Sequence record: OP595145.1
Origin: Escherichia phage vB_EcoM_DE16
Length of the DNA: 64,000 bases
Strand: one strand, 5' to 3'
Below are positions 1 through 9,299 of this stretch, piece after piece; within the stretch, counting starts at the first letter, position 1; the number at the start of each line of letters is the position of its first letter. The notes beneath the pieces are model-generated. The model was given only the letters and a program-made list of their open reading frames with translations, was not told the origin of the DNA and did no database searches. Position numbers and translations under genes: made by a program.

Positions 1-46
1 TAGCCAGTTTCTGCCGTTGTGTTTTAGCTGCGGTTTTATTTCCCAT
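1..46 (-). CDS. hypothetical protein, N-terminal fragment (gene continues beyond window start)
   Basis: ATG at 46-44 on minus strand preceded by AAAGGAG RBS; reading frame runs off the window edge. Confidence 0.3.
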   Translation of the reverse strand, partial: MGNKTAAKTQRQKLA

Positions 47-63
47 AGTAGCACTCCTTTTAG

Positions 64-81
64 AAGGGGCCGAAGCCCCTT
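64..81 (-). terminator. GC-rich stem-loop (GGGGC-UUCG-GCCCC on the transcribed strand) between lysozyme stop and next gene
   Basis: perfect 5-bp GC stem with UUCG tetraloop directly after stop of 84..584; same element recurs at 6231..6250. Confidence 0.4.
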
Positions 82-83
82 TA

Positions 84-584
84 TTAGTTGTAAGCATCTA
101 AAGTTCCAGAAGTCAGAACTTTAATTACTCGTTCAGCACGGTTTGGCGTCTGGCTATACCATCGGCTTTTACGCATGTTTTTACCTGCTTGAGTATAATA
201 TGCATTGCTGATTAAAGTCAAGCTATTTTGAAACCCTTCAGCACCTTTTAACCCCAACTGGAAAACCATGTTGATTATTCCCAGTTTACGAGTATCACTA
301 ACCTTATCATAGATTGGTGATAAGATAGTACTGTTTTTTATGTCTCTCTTCACTTTTGCAACATCGTCAGCAAAGATTTGACGGGCTTCTTTTTCTGTGA
401 TAACTCCATTAGTCTTACGACCAAGAAGATTATCTAAGATTTGAATAGCCTTTGCTTTATCTTTTATTTTAGTCAGAAGGTGTCCTATGCCGACTGTCCA
501 ATAACCAAGATGGTCTTGATAAACAGTAAGCTTCAGTCCTTCATCGACTCGTAGCATATCAAACTCATCTACTACTTTAGCCAT
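84..584 (-). CDS. endolysin, T4 e-type lysozyme (GH24 muramidase)
   Basis: 166 aa; N-terminal DEGLKLTVYQD...GYWTVGIGH block matches the Glu/Asp/Thr catalytic region of T4 lysozyme; size matches. Confidence 0.85.
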   Translation of the reverse strand: MAKVVDEFDMLRVDEGLKLTVYQDHLGYWTVGIGHLLTKIKDKAKAIQILDNLLGRKTNGVITEKEARQIFADDVAKVKRDIKNSTILSPIYDKVSDTRKLGIINMVFQLGLKGAEGFQNSLTLISNAYYTQAGKNMRKSRWYSQTPNRAERVIKVLTSGTLDAYN

Positions 585-591
585 TTACTTC

Positions 592-741
592 CTATTCGTC
601 GTCTCCTACTCCGTGATCCAACTCGTTAAACAACAGATGTTCTGGAGAAGTTTCACGTTTTGGTTTCGTTTTCTTTATGTTGGACTTCAGCTCATTTGCC
701 AAAGCACGAGAAAAGATCTTACGTTTCTGTTTACTTTTCAT
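592..741 (-). CDS. small basic hypothetical protein (49 aa)
   Basis: ATG at 741 with upstream GGAG; K/R-rich product; fills gap between glutaredoxin and lysozyme genes. Confidence 0.3.
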   Translation of the reverse strand: MKSKQKRKIFSRALANELKSNIKKTKPKRETSPEHLLFNELDHGVGDDE

Positions 742-746
742 AATTG

Positions 747-1007
747 TTACTCCGCAATTTGAGCCATGAGATCACGCAGTTCGGTAAAACCGCCTACGTA
801 TGTTACCTCCCCGTTCACTTCAGACAGAATTTGTGGAAATGTGCGTGGAGGAACTCCGGTAAGATCAACAACTGTTTTAGTCATTGATTCTAAATCATAG
901 TCTTGGTCAAGACTTAAATATTCAAACTGTTTATTGCGCATAGTCAATAGTTGTTTTGACATTTCACAAAATTGACAGTTAGGTTTACCAAAAATTACAA
1001 ATTCCAT
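747..1007 (-). CDS. glutaredoxin-like protein (NrdH/Grx family)
   Basis: 86 aa, N-terminal CQFC (CxxC) redox motif in FGKPNCQFCE context; start overlaps rmlD stop. Confidence 0.7.
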   Translation of the reverse strand: MEFVIFGKPNCQFCEMSKQLLTMRNKQFEYLSLDQDYDLESMTKTVVDLTGVPPRTFPQILSEVNGEVTYVGGFTELRDLMAQIAE

Positions 1008-1849
1008 TACCTCTCCTTATTAAGTAATACTGCTAAAGACTGTTCAATACCTTTATTTAAATCTGATTTTGTAAGATAGTGACTGGTTACTAGTTGTGAC
1101 TTCACCGGACGTGCTGCTGGAGCATTATAGGTTGAAGCTGATACCGCCGATATCTTAACAGGTTCTGGCATCTGTGTCAAGATCTTTTCCGCAAACTCCG
1201 CCCAAGAAATAAGATGGCTTCCTGCAAAATGGTAAGTCTTAACAGACCTTGACCAACCTGTTTTTAATACTTCAAAAATAGCTTCTGCTAAATCTGGAGC
1301 ATATGTTGGACAAGATAACTGATCAGCAACAATAATAAAATCACGTTGTCCATCATTATAGCGAGACAACATGGTTTTTAGAAAGTTATTTCCAAATTCG
1401 CTATATACCGAGGCTGTTCGAATAATATATGCATTTGGGTTAACTCCTCGCACCATTTTTTCACCAAGTTCTTTCGTATACCCATAATTGTTTATTGGGT
1501 TAGGTGTAGTATCTTCAAAAATAGGATGAGAATAATTAAAAATATAGTCTGTGGAAATATGCACAAAATCAATTTTAAGTTTGCTGCACACTGCCGCAAT
1601 ATTTGCAGGGCCATAAGCATTAACAGCCAAAGCAGTAGCAAAATCTTGTTCGGCTTTATCTACAGCCGTATAAGCGGCGCAATTAATAACACCATCTACA
1701 TAATCTTCAACAATAGCGTTTCGCACAGCTTCAAAATTTGTAATATCTACACGTTCTTTAGGATAAATTAAAGATACATTTGCAGGAGCAACTTTACGTA
1801 AAGCTTGTCCCAGTTGTCCATTACCACCCAATACCAGATATGTTAGCAT
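1007..1849 (-). CDS. rmlD: dTDP-4-dehydrorhamnose reductase
   Basis: 280 aa; N-terminal GGNGQLG Rossmann motif, STDYIF and YGYTK catalytic motifs typical of RmlD. Confidence 0.8.
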   Translation of the reverse strand: MLTYLVLGGNGQLGQALRKVAPANVSLIYPKERVDITNFEAVRNAIVEDYVDGVINCAAYTAVDKAEQDFATALAVNAYGPANIAAVCSKLKIDFVHISTDYIFNYSHPIFEDTTPNPINNYGYTKELGEKMVRGVNPNAYIIRTASVYSEFGNNFLKTMLSRYNDGQRDFIIVADQLSCPTYAPDLAEAIFEVLKTGWSRSVKTYHFAGSHLISWAEFAEKILTQMPEPVKISAVSASTYNAPAARPVKSQLVTSHYLTKSDLNKGIEQSLAVLLNKER

Positions 1850-2409
1850 ACACCCTCGCTACGTAACTGTTGAAAAGATTTAGCCATTGCATCTTTTGTT
1901 GATAGGATAGGTTTAAAACCTTCATCAAAAATCATATCGAAGCCCCAATCGATCCCTATATCAGGATCATCCCAACGTAAACTTTGTTCACTAGAAGGGT
2001 CGTATGGAGTTGTGCATTTGTATTCAAAGATAGCATCCATACTCAAAACTATAAAACCATGTGCCAAACCAGGTGGAAGCCAAAACTGCGTATGGTGTCG
2101 TGCACGAAGAACAACACCGTCCCAAGCACCGTAAGTAGGACTATCTTTACGTAAGTCTACAGCGAAATCCAATACTTCACCACTTACACAACGAACAAGC
2201 TTACCTTGCGGATTATTTGTTTGAAAGTGCATTCCTCGCAAAACACCGAAGTTTGATTTAGACATGTTATCTTGAACGAAAGTTTGTCTACCAATAATAT
2301 CTTCGTATTTTTGTTCATTATATGTTTCTAAAAAGAAACCACGGTCATCTTTATAAACGTCTGGTTTGATAATTACCGCACCTTCAATTTTTGTTTTTTC
2401 TACTTTCAT
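1843..2409 (-). CDS. rmlC: dTDP-4-dehydrorhamnose 3,5-epimerase
   Basis: cupin-type RmlC motifs ([15 protein letters not shown]); start set at internal ATG 2409 (GGAGGG RBS) overlapping rmlA stop as ATGA; the track ORF 1843..2529 has a spurious upstream extension. Confidence 0.8.
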   Translation of the reverse strand: MKVEKTKIEGAVIIKPDVYKDDRGFFLETYNEQKYEDIIGRQTFVQDNMSKSNFGVLRGMHFQTNNPQGKLVRCVSGEVLDFAVDLRKDSPTYGAWDGVVLRARHHTQFWLPPGLAHGFIVLSMDAIFEYKCTTPYDPSSEQSLRWDDPDIGIDWGFDMIFDEGFKPILSTKDAMAKSFQQLRSEGVC

Positions 2410-3284
2410 TTTCCCTCCGCTAATTTGAGTAGGTATTGCCCGTACTCTGTTTTCTTCAGTGAGTTTCCATGATAGACCAAAGTCTCTAAAGAAATCCACC
2501 CTTTTTTGAAAGCAATTTCTTCCAGGCACGCAATCTTCAATCCTTGACAGTTCTCAATAGTCTGCACGAATTGACCAGCTTCCATCAGACTGGCGTGTGT
2601 TCCTGTATCAAGCCAAGTAAATCCTCGTCCGAGAACTTCTACTTGTAACTTCCTGTCTTCGAGGTAGCTGCGATTGATATCGGTGATCTCCAGTTCTCCA
2701 CGCGCGGAAGGGGTTACTTCTAATGCACGTTGAATAACAGAGTTATCATAGAAATACAAACCTGTGACAGCATAATCTGATTTAGGATTTTCAGGTTTCT
2801 CTTCAATAGAAATAACTTGACGATTACTCCCAAATTCAACCACACCGAATCGTTCAGGATCTTTCACCAAACACCCGAAGATACAAGCTCCGCCCCAAAC
2901 ATCTACCATCTCACTAGCGTTAATCAGTAGTTTACCAAAGCTTTGTCCGAAGAATAGGTTGTCACCTAAAATAAGAGCAACAGAGTCTTCTCCGATAAAA
3001 TCTTTACCGATGATGAAAGCGTCCGCAAGACCTCGTGGCTCGGATTGGATTGCGTAAGTGAGTTTTATCCCAAACATAGACCCATCTCCAAGAAGATGCT
3101 CAAAGTCTTCCTGATCGCCTGGTGTGGTGATGATTAAGATATCCTTAATGTCAGCCAACATCAATACCGATAAAGGGTAGTAGATCATGGGTTTGTCATA
3201 CACAGGGAGCAATTGCTTGCTCACACTGCGTGTTACCGGATGAAGGCGGGTTCCACTTCCTCCCGCCAAAATAATACCTTTCAT
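2406..3284 (-). CDS. rmlA: glucose-1-phosphate thymidylyltransferase
   Basis: 292 aa; N-terminal [16 protein letters not shown] nucleotidyltransferase signature. Confidence 0.85.
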   Translation of the reverse strand: MKGIILAGGSGTRLHPVTRSVSKQLLPVYDKPMIYYPLSVLMLADIKDILIITTPGDQEDFEHLLGDGSMFGIKLTYAIQSEPRGLADAFIIGKDFIGEDSVALILGDNLFFGQSFGKLLINASEMVDVWGGACIFGCLVKDPERFGVVEFGSNRQVISIEEKPENPKSDYAVTGLYFYDNSVIQRALEVTPSARGELEITDINRSYLEDRKLQVEVLGRGFTWLDTGTHASLMEAGQFVQTIENCQGLKIACLEEIAFKKGWISLETLVYHGNSLKKTEYGQYLLKLAEGK

Positions 3285-3292
3285 AACCCTCC

Positions 3293-4285
3293 TTAAATCT
3301 TCTCACTCCACCATTGAGGGTTGTTTAAGTACCATTCAATCGTTGAGTAGAGATCTTGTTCAAATGTAGAGTTTGCACTCCAACCCAGTTCAGACTCTAT
3401 TTTAGAAGGATTGATTTCATAACGCAAGTCATGTCCTTTACGATCTTCAACAAAAGTTATCAAGTTGGAAGAAGGGTAGGTTCCTGCTTCTGGATGTACA
3501 GCATCCATGTAGTCACAAACCATATAGATGATCTCCATATTGGTTTTGGGATTACGTGTTCCAACATTATACGTTTGACCTGGTTCTCCACCTGTTGCCA
3601 CTTGAAGAATAGCTCGCGCATGATCCTCAACAAAAAGCCAGTCTCGCACCTGATCGCCTTTACCATACACCGGAATCTCTTTATTCGTCAAGATACTTGT
3701 GATGATTTTTGGGATCAGCTTTTCTGGATGTTGATAAGGTCCAAAGTTATTGGAGCAGTTGGTTATCACAACAGGTAAACCGTAGGTACGGTACCAAGCT
3801 TTCACAAGATGGTCAGATGCTGCCTTAGACGCACTGTACGGGCTTGAAGGAGCATAAGCTGTCTCTTCGGTAAAGGGAACGCCAGAGTCTGCCATATCGC
3901 CGTACACTTCGTCTGTGGAGACGTGTACGAACATCTTCAGTTTATTTTTTGGGAGGAGCCTTGCAGCTTCCAATAAATTGTATGTGCCAATAATATTGGA
4001 GTCGATGAAAACTCGTGGATTCTTGATAGAATTATCCACATGACTCTCTGCCGCTAAGTGAATGATGAAATCGGGATTGCACTCTACTACTAAACTTTTG
4101 ACCTGGGTTTCGTTTGCCAAATCTGTTATGCTTAGTTTAACGTGAGTGATATCGCCTACATTCTCAATATCTGCTGCATAGCCCATCTTATCAACGACAA
4201 AAACTTCGTTATTGGGATCTTGACAAAGAGAGCGCACCACGGCACTCCCAATAAAACCAAGACCACCTGTTACCAGATAGCGCAT
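3293..4285 (-). CDS. rmlB: dTDP-glucose 4,6-dehydratase
   Basis: 330 aa; TGGLGFIGS Rossmann motif, STDEVYG and YSASKAASD catalytic motifs of SDR-type dehydratases. Confidence 0.85.
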   Translation of the reverse strand: MRYLVTGGLGFIGSAVVRSLCQDPNNEVFVVDKMGYAADIENVGDITHVKLSITDLANETQVKSLVVECNPDFIIHLAAESHVDNSIKNPRVFIDSNIIGTYNLLEAARLLPKNKLKMFVHVSTDEVYGDMADSGVPFTEETAYAPSSPYSASKAASDHLVKAWYRTYGLPVVITNCSNNFGPYQHPEKLIPKIITSILTNKEIPVYGKGDQVRDWLFVEDHARAILQVATGGEPGQTYNVGTRNPKTNMEIIYMVCDYMDAVHPEAGTYPSSNLITFVEDRKGHDLRYEINPSKIESELGWSANSTFEQDLYSTIEWYLNNPQWWSEKI

Positions 4286-4294
4286 CAGTTCTCC

Positions 4295-4621
4295 TTACCA
4301 GACGTTTTGTGATACTAACGTTTCAGTTTCAATATGGTACTTCTCGTAGAGTTCGAAATAAATCTCATTAGCTTTTTTATCCAAACTTGTGAGGTCTATT
4401 GCCCGTGCGCTGCATCCTGACGCAAGTTCAATACCAAAGACACAATCTTCAGGATCTGCATCATACCACGGGGAGACACTCACTAACCCAATACCTTCGT
4501 AAAGAAACCAGTTGAAATCCCCATCGAATTGATCCTCAATCTGCGGATCGCCTTTAAACACTTCTTCCCATTTCTTATATGGTGCGCCTTGCACCATCTT
4601 CCATTCGATATCAATCCCCAT
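4295..4621 (-). CDS. hypothetical protein (108 aa, acidic)
   Basis: ORF first in the rml operon; no recognisable motif. Confidence 0.5.
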   Translation of the reverse strand: MGIDIEWKMVQGAPYKKWEEVFKGDPQIEDQFDGDFNWFLYEGIGLVSVSPWYDADPEDCVFGIELASGCSARAIDLTSLDKKANEIYFELYEKYHIETETLVSQNVW

Positions 4622-4775
4622 TTTTCATCTCCTCCTCTTCTTGAGCAGCTTTAATAATTGCTTCATAAATATCGTAAGCAATGCCTCCACAACATCTAGC
4701 TTCGAAAGCTATTGCTTCTGCAATGTGATCTGTTAATTCTCGTGGAATGCGGACATACTCTTTTTCACTCTCCAT
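4611..4775 (-). CDS. small hypothetical protein (54 aa)
   Basis: ATG-initiated ORF found by manual translation; overlaps neighbours by a few nt; below 60-aa track cutoff. Confidence 0.3.
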   Translation of the reverse strand: MESEKEYVRIPRELTDHIAEAIAFEARCCGGIAYDIYEAIIKAAQEEEEMKNGD

Positions 4776-4917
4776 CTTCTACCTCCAACCCTTCTTTTTC
4801 AAAGACTACTACTCGTCCCTCACCATGACAATTCAGGCAAGGAAATGTTACCATAATTTCCACTTCCATCTGTCCCGTCCCACCACACACAGGACAAAAA
4901 ATAAGTTTTTCAGCCAC
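4765..4917 (-). CDS. small zinc-ribbon protein (50 aa, CPVCGG...CLNCHG)
   Basis: GTG start after GGAGG; two CxxC pairs; found by manual translation. Confidence 0.35.
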   Translation of the reverse strand: MAEKLIFCPVCGGTGQMEVEIMVTFPCLNCHGEGRVVVFEKEGLEVEDGE

Positions 4918-5126
4918 TATTCCTCCTTAATTATTTCAAATTTGGCAACACCATTTACAATAATATGACCACAAGACATAACTCCTAGCCAAGGATCGCC
5001 GTTTTTCTTCAGGCGTTTACCGAATACATCACAAAAACCATTCTTCATTTCAGAGGCTTCATAAGAAGCCCCTTTATCAAAAACGTCTTTGAATGTGTCG
5101 ATTATACCAACACATTTCAAAATCAT
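4917..5126 (-). CDS. hypothetical protein (69 aa)
   Basis: ORF abutting nrdB stop. Confidence 0.4.
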   Translation of the reverse strand: MILKCVGIIDTFKDVFDKGASYEASEMKNGFCDVFGKRLKKNGDPWLGVMSCGHIIVNGVAKFEIIKEE

Positions 5127-6211
5127 TAGAAGTCAAGCTCCTCATCATCAGAGAGATCTTTGTTAGCTGAATTCAATTTGTAATTAGTTAACTGAATCTC
5201 TTGGGCTGCTGACTGAATCAAATCAGGATTCAACCATTTTTCCATCCAAGCTAAAGGGCTATGTTTAGGTGCTTTAAACTTGGCTTTCATTTTCAATCGA
5301 CGATAAATAGGAGCAGCATTGAAATAAACCCACTGTTTAGACAATTCGGCGTTAAGACCTACAATAAAACGACCTTCACTAAACAGGTAGTCACACCATT
5401 GTTCCTCTTGTTCAACAACAGTGTCGAGGATCAAAGTCAACTCTTCAATATTGTCTTCGTAAATTTTACGCCAAATTGGGTCATGCATCAATGCATCAAT
5501 TACAGCATAATCCATTTTAACATGCAGGATTTCATCTAGCATAATTTTCTGGATCAGTTTACAAGCCCCAACAAACAGTTGTTGTTCTGCCATAGCAAAA
5601 GTAGCAGAGAAGGAAGATATAAACTGAATACCTTCTAATCCAATCAGGGCTACCATCCCTTTAAGAATCAGCAGTCGAAGTTCATCGTTAGCTTCAATCA
5701 ATCCTAGAGCATACTTATGACCAGCTTCTTCCAATTGACCCATGATATCAGCAATGATACCCATACGATTGAAAATTTTATCATTAATCATAATCTGATT
5801 GATGACTTCGATTGGATCTGGAGTACATTGACGGATTATTTCAGAATACGTTAACGCATGGAGAACTTCCATTTCACTCTGCTTCATCATCATAGCACAG
5901 GCTTCATTGTTACTCAAGAATGGAGAGAACAAAGTGATGATTGATTTTGCAAGAGAATCATTTTCCCATTGGAACGATAAGTTTTTAATCATAACATCAT
6001 AGTTGTTTTTAGAACAAGCTACGAAATCTTTACGTGTCTGATCCAGATTGACTTCATTCTCATCCCAATCTTGTGCTTTTTGAAGTTTGTAGAGTTTGTG
6101 CATCTCTGGATAAGTTACGTTAACAGAATCAAAGATCCCTAACTGTTCCCCTAAAAATACTGGATATTTTCCTGTTTTGTAAACTTCATTGTGTAAATTA
6201 ATTGCTGCCAT
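5126..6211 (-). CDS. nrdB: ribonucleotide reductase class Ia small subunit
   Basis: 361 aa; paired E..H iron-ligand motifs (EVLHALTYSE, DEILHVK) and ferritin-like helical composition. Confidence 0.8.
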   Translation of the reverse strand: MAAINLHNEVYKTGKYPVFLGEQLGIFDSVNVTYPEMHKLYKLQKAQDWDENEVNLDQTRKDFVACSKNNYDVMIKNLSFQWENDSLAKSIITLFSPFLSNNEACAMMMKQSEMEVLHALTYSEIIRQCTPDPIEVINQIMINDKIFNRMGIIADIMGQLEEAGHKYALGLIEANDELRLLILKGMVALIGLEGIQFISSFSATFAMAEQQLFVGACKLIQKIMLDEILHVKMDYAVIDALMHDPIWRKIYEDNIEELTLILDTVVEQEEQWCDYLFSEGRFIVGLNAELSKQWVYFNAAPIYRRLKMKAKFKAPKHSPLAWMEKWLNPDLIQSAAQEIQLTNYKLNSANKDLSDDEELDF

Positions 6212-6230
6212 TTAAAATTCTCCTCAATAA

Positions 6231-6250
6231 AAGGGGGCCGAAGCCCCTTT
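6231..6250 (-). terminator. intercistronic GC stem-loop between nrdA and nrdB (GGGGC-UUCG-GCCCC on the transcribed strand)
   Basis: same hairpin as at 64..81; followed on the transcribed strand by UUUUAUU and the nrdB RBS. Confidence 0.4.
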
Positions 6251-6279
6251 ACGTTTACCCTTCTTCACCTGTTCTCCTA

Positions 6280-8523
6280 CTACATTTTACAGGCACTGCA
6301 CCCTTCGTCTTCAGAATCTTCTTGTGCTAAAGAGTCTGCTGATTTTGTTCTACTATTAAGGTAATACAATGATTTGCCACCCAGTCTAGCAAAATTCAGA
6401 ATAAACTGCATCTCAGCTTTCACGGATAAACGTCCACCTACCAATTTAGAATAATCTAGCCAAGAATCACAAGAAATTCCTTGGTCAGTAAACTTGGTAA
6501 AGATACCGTACATTTCTGCAAGGTCTTTAGCCGGAGTATCCCAGGCAGACTGGTAGAACATTTTCAGTTTTTCGTAGTCTGGAACAATAAATAATACACT
6601 ACCTTTCTGACTCTGTTTATACATAATAGTATCACGAACAGGATACAGAGAGTTAGTAGTATTGCTTACCAAACTGCTGGACTCATTAGGTGCAATAGCA
6701 GCCAAGACACTGTTACGGATACCACCTTGTTCAATGATTTCAGCACGTAAGCCTTCCCAGTCCATTTTAAGATCAAAATTACCGATACTATCTACTGTTT
6801 TAGCATAAGTGTCAATTGGTAGCCAACCTTGAGGCCATTTGGTCTTATCGATCCATTCCGCATTACCTTTTTCCTTAGCCAGACGCAGAGAGGCTTTTGC
6901 CAACCAAAAGTAATGACGTTCTGCAAGTTCATGCATTAATTTTTTAGCATAAGCATCTGAATAATTTACAAAATTACTTGCCAAGTAATGCGCTAAGTTT
7001 GTAATACCTACACCAATAGATCTACGTGCTTTAGCAGTTATTTCGTTATGTTTAAATGGATAATCCATTGTTTCAATAACGTTGTCAATTGTCAATACAG
7101 TGTAGTATGCAACATCCTCATATTCTTCAGGTAATACACGACCAGCAACAATAGAAGATAAGAAGCATAAAGCCAATTCTTGATCTTCTGTATTCTCACC
7201 AGTAAAGAGATCCGGCATACTGTGGAAAGCTTTAGTTGGCAAGAAGATCTCTTGACACAGGTTTGATTGATACACCGTATCCAGGAAAGGTGTATGGTTG
7301 TTAACGTTGTCAGCAAAGAACATGTAAATACGTCCTGTTTCTGCACGTTGAACAATAATCTCTGTCAGAAGATCACGAGCCTTAACAAATTTTTTCTTAA
7401 TGCGTCGTCTACTTACTTTGTCATAAACTGCATCAAACTCTTCTTCACTTTTATATAAAGCTTCATAAAGTTCAGGAGCATCATCACAACTAACTAACAT
7501 CCAGTCTTCGTTTTTTGCTGCTCGACGCAAGAACGAACGGTTAACAACAATAGAATAATCTAGTTTATCCACTCGTTTATCTATAGGTGTTGTTGGATTC
7601 TTCAGTCGAATCAGATCGTCGAAGTCTGGTTCAAGTATGGTAAAGGTAACTGTAGCACTACCTCCACGGCTTGCTTGCTTTGAAGCTCCAACACTATCTT
7701 CCATCCATTTCAGATACGGAAGAAGACCACCGTGAATAATACGATTATTCTTAACACCTTGACCTGTGGCACGAGTTTGAAGATTAACACCAATACCTGC
7801 GTTATTCAACGTATACTCATGAGCTAAGTAATTAGCAATGGCTAAAGACTCTGCCGTATCGTCTGCACGGAATAAACAACAAGACGCACTTCCTTTGATT
7901 GGAGTTCGTAGAGTTGTCAGATATGGCGATGGCAGATTAATCTTAAGATCGCTGACATAAGTATAAAGTTTTTTAATATCTTCTATACGGCGTTCTTTTG
8001 GTTGGATCTCCATAACCTTCATTGCGATACCAATGAAAAGGAACTGTGGAGACTCATGCACCACATCGTTTACTGCATCTCGAATAAGATATTTATCCAC
8101 CATTTGACGTAAAACAGAATAACCATAAGTTAGATTTTTATTATGCTTTACAATCTTACCGATTTCTTTGATCTCTTCATCAGTATAATCCATTTTAGCC
8201 CAATGACCACGTTCTACCATATCATGATAAAAGGTATTCAGTGAAGGGATACTGTGGTATCCCCCATGAGCCTGTTTGTAAATCATACCCAGAAGAAGTC
8301 TTCCTGCCATATCACTGTAAGCTTGTGTTTTCTTGTCAATACACGCTGCAATCATTGCTTTATGCAGATCACGTGTAGACACACCGTCATAACACCGCTT
8401 CACAGCTTCTAATTCAATTTCAGACCAGTTTAGTTTACCTGCTGCAAATTCAGACCACTTGCGAAGTTTTTCTGGGTTAAACTCCTCTGTCTTACCATTA
8501 GATTTAGTTACAAAACGAATCAA
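6280..8523 (-). CDS. nrdA: ribonucleotide reductase class Ia large subunit
   Basis: 747 aa; N-terminal ATP-cone-like region; size and adjacency to nrdB; overall RNR alpha-like composition. Confidence 0.85.
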   Translation of the reverse strand: MIRFVTKSNGKTEEFNPEKLRKWSEFAAGKLNWSEIELEAVKRCYDGVSTRDLHKAMIAACIDKKTQAYSDMAGRLLLGMIYKQAHGGYHSIPSLNTFYHDMVERGHWAKMDYTDEEIKEIGKIVKHNKNLTYGYSVLRQMVDKYLIRDAVNDVVHESPQFLFIGIAMKVMEIQPKERRIEDIKKLYTYVSDLKINLPSPYLTTLRTPIKGSASCCLFRADDTAESLAIANYLAHEYTLNNAGIGVNLQTRATGQGVKNNRIIHGGLLPYLKWMEDSVGASKQASRGGSATVTFTILEPDFDDLIRLKNPTTPIDKRVDKLDYSIVVNRSFLRRAAKNEDWMLVSCDDAPELYEALYKSEEEFDAVYDKVSRRRIKKKFVKARDLLTEIIVQRAETGRIYMFFADNVNNHTPFLDTVYQSNLCQEIFLPTKAFHSMPDLFTGENTEDQELALCFLSSIVAGRVLPEEYEDVAYYTVLTIDNVIETMDYPFKHNEITAKARRSIGVGITNLAHYLASNFVNYSDAYAKKLMHELAERHYFWLAKASLRLAKEKGNAEWIDKTKWPQGWLPIDTYAKTVDSIGNFDLKMDWEGLRAEIIEQGGIRNSVLAAIAPNESSSLVSNTTNSLYPVRDTIMYKQSQKGSVLFIVPDYEKLKMFYQSAWDTPAKDLAEMYGIFTKFTDQGISCDSWLDYSKLVGGRLSVKAEMQFILNFARLGGKSLYYLNSRTKSADSLAQEDSEDEGCSACKM

Positions 8524-8539
8524 CTTCTCCTCCCTATTA

Positions 8540-8794
8540 TTAATGCATATTCAAAACATCTACATCATAACCGAACTTCATTTCATTAAAAAGTCCATTA
8601 GCATATAGAAAACCTTCAAAATGAGTTATGTCATCAAACCCTTTTGCTTTTGCTCGACGATCTGCTTCTTGTCTTTTAGGAGATAAACGTTTTGAAGTGT
8701 CTAGAATTACAGTTACATTACAACCAATAGTTTCATCAAAATAGACTTCGATTTCACAGCCTTCATATTTATTATCAGTCATTGTCCCTCTCAT
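8540..8794 (-). CDS. hypothetical protein (84 aa)
   Basis: ORF only. Confidence 0.45.
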   Translation of the reverse strand: MRGTMTDNKYEGCEIEVYFDETIGCNVTVILDTSKRLSPKRQEADRRAKAKGFDDITHFEGFLYANGLFNEMKFGYDVDVLNMH

Positions 8795-9234
8795 TGATTA
8801 GTATCATCTGCTTTCGCAGGATCATAAGAGTTACCGAAATCATCCATCTTAATATGTGACGCACCCCAACCTGTAAATTCTTCATCACCAAAATGAAAAA
8901 TATCATTTTCTTGATAGATTCGTTTAAAACCACAATTAGGTGAAACAGGGAAAGTGAAAAGCGTTGTATTTGCAAACACTACTCGCTTATCGTTATTGCT
9001 TCGGATATTCACATTACGCTCAACAGAATAGTGTGAATCTTCAGCCATACCCAGCATTACAAGCGACGCTCTAATAACAGCATTTTGTTTCTCGTGTGGG
9101 ATATTGCCATTGTGTTTATTTGATTCTAGTTTCCAGATAGGGGTAGACATTACAGTAGACATGCTTACGGTAGCCCAAGTTGTAGTATTTACTAATGACA
9201 TATTTTCTCCTTCGTTTTGAATGGGAGGACTCAC
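8791..9234 (-). CDS. hypothetical protein (147 aa)
   Basis: ORF in the nucleotide-metabolism block; no secure motif. Confidence 0.45.
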   Translation of the reverse strand: MSPPIQNEGENMSLVNTTTWATVSMSTVMSTPIWKLESNKHNGNIPHEKQNAVIRASLVMLGMAEDSHYSVERNVNIRSNNDKRVVFANTTLFTFPVSPNCGFKRIYQENDIFHFGDEEFTGWGASHIKMDDFGNSYDPAKADDTNQ

Positions 9235-9299
9235 CTCCTCCCAGTATTGTGCTATATTATACTAAAACTAATACTAAAGTCAATAACTATTTAAACAGA

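Noticed and set aside
1526-1771. 81-aa plus-strand ORF inside rmlD, and similar antisense ORFs at 3356-3778, 7267-7458, 9669-10178 and 12818-13511
   Set aside because: They lie entirely opposite well-supported genes, have low-complexity or Cys/Phe/Ile-rich composition and no RBS; treated as shadow ORFs.
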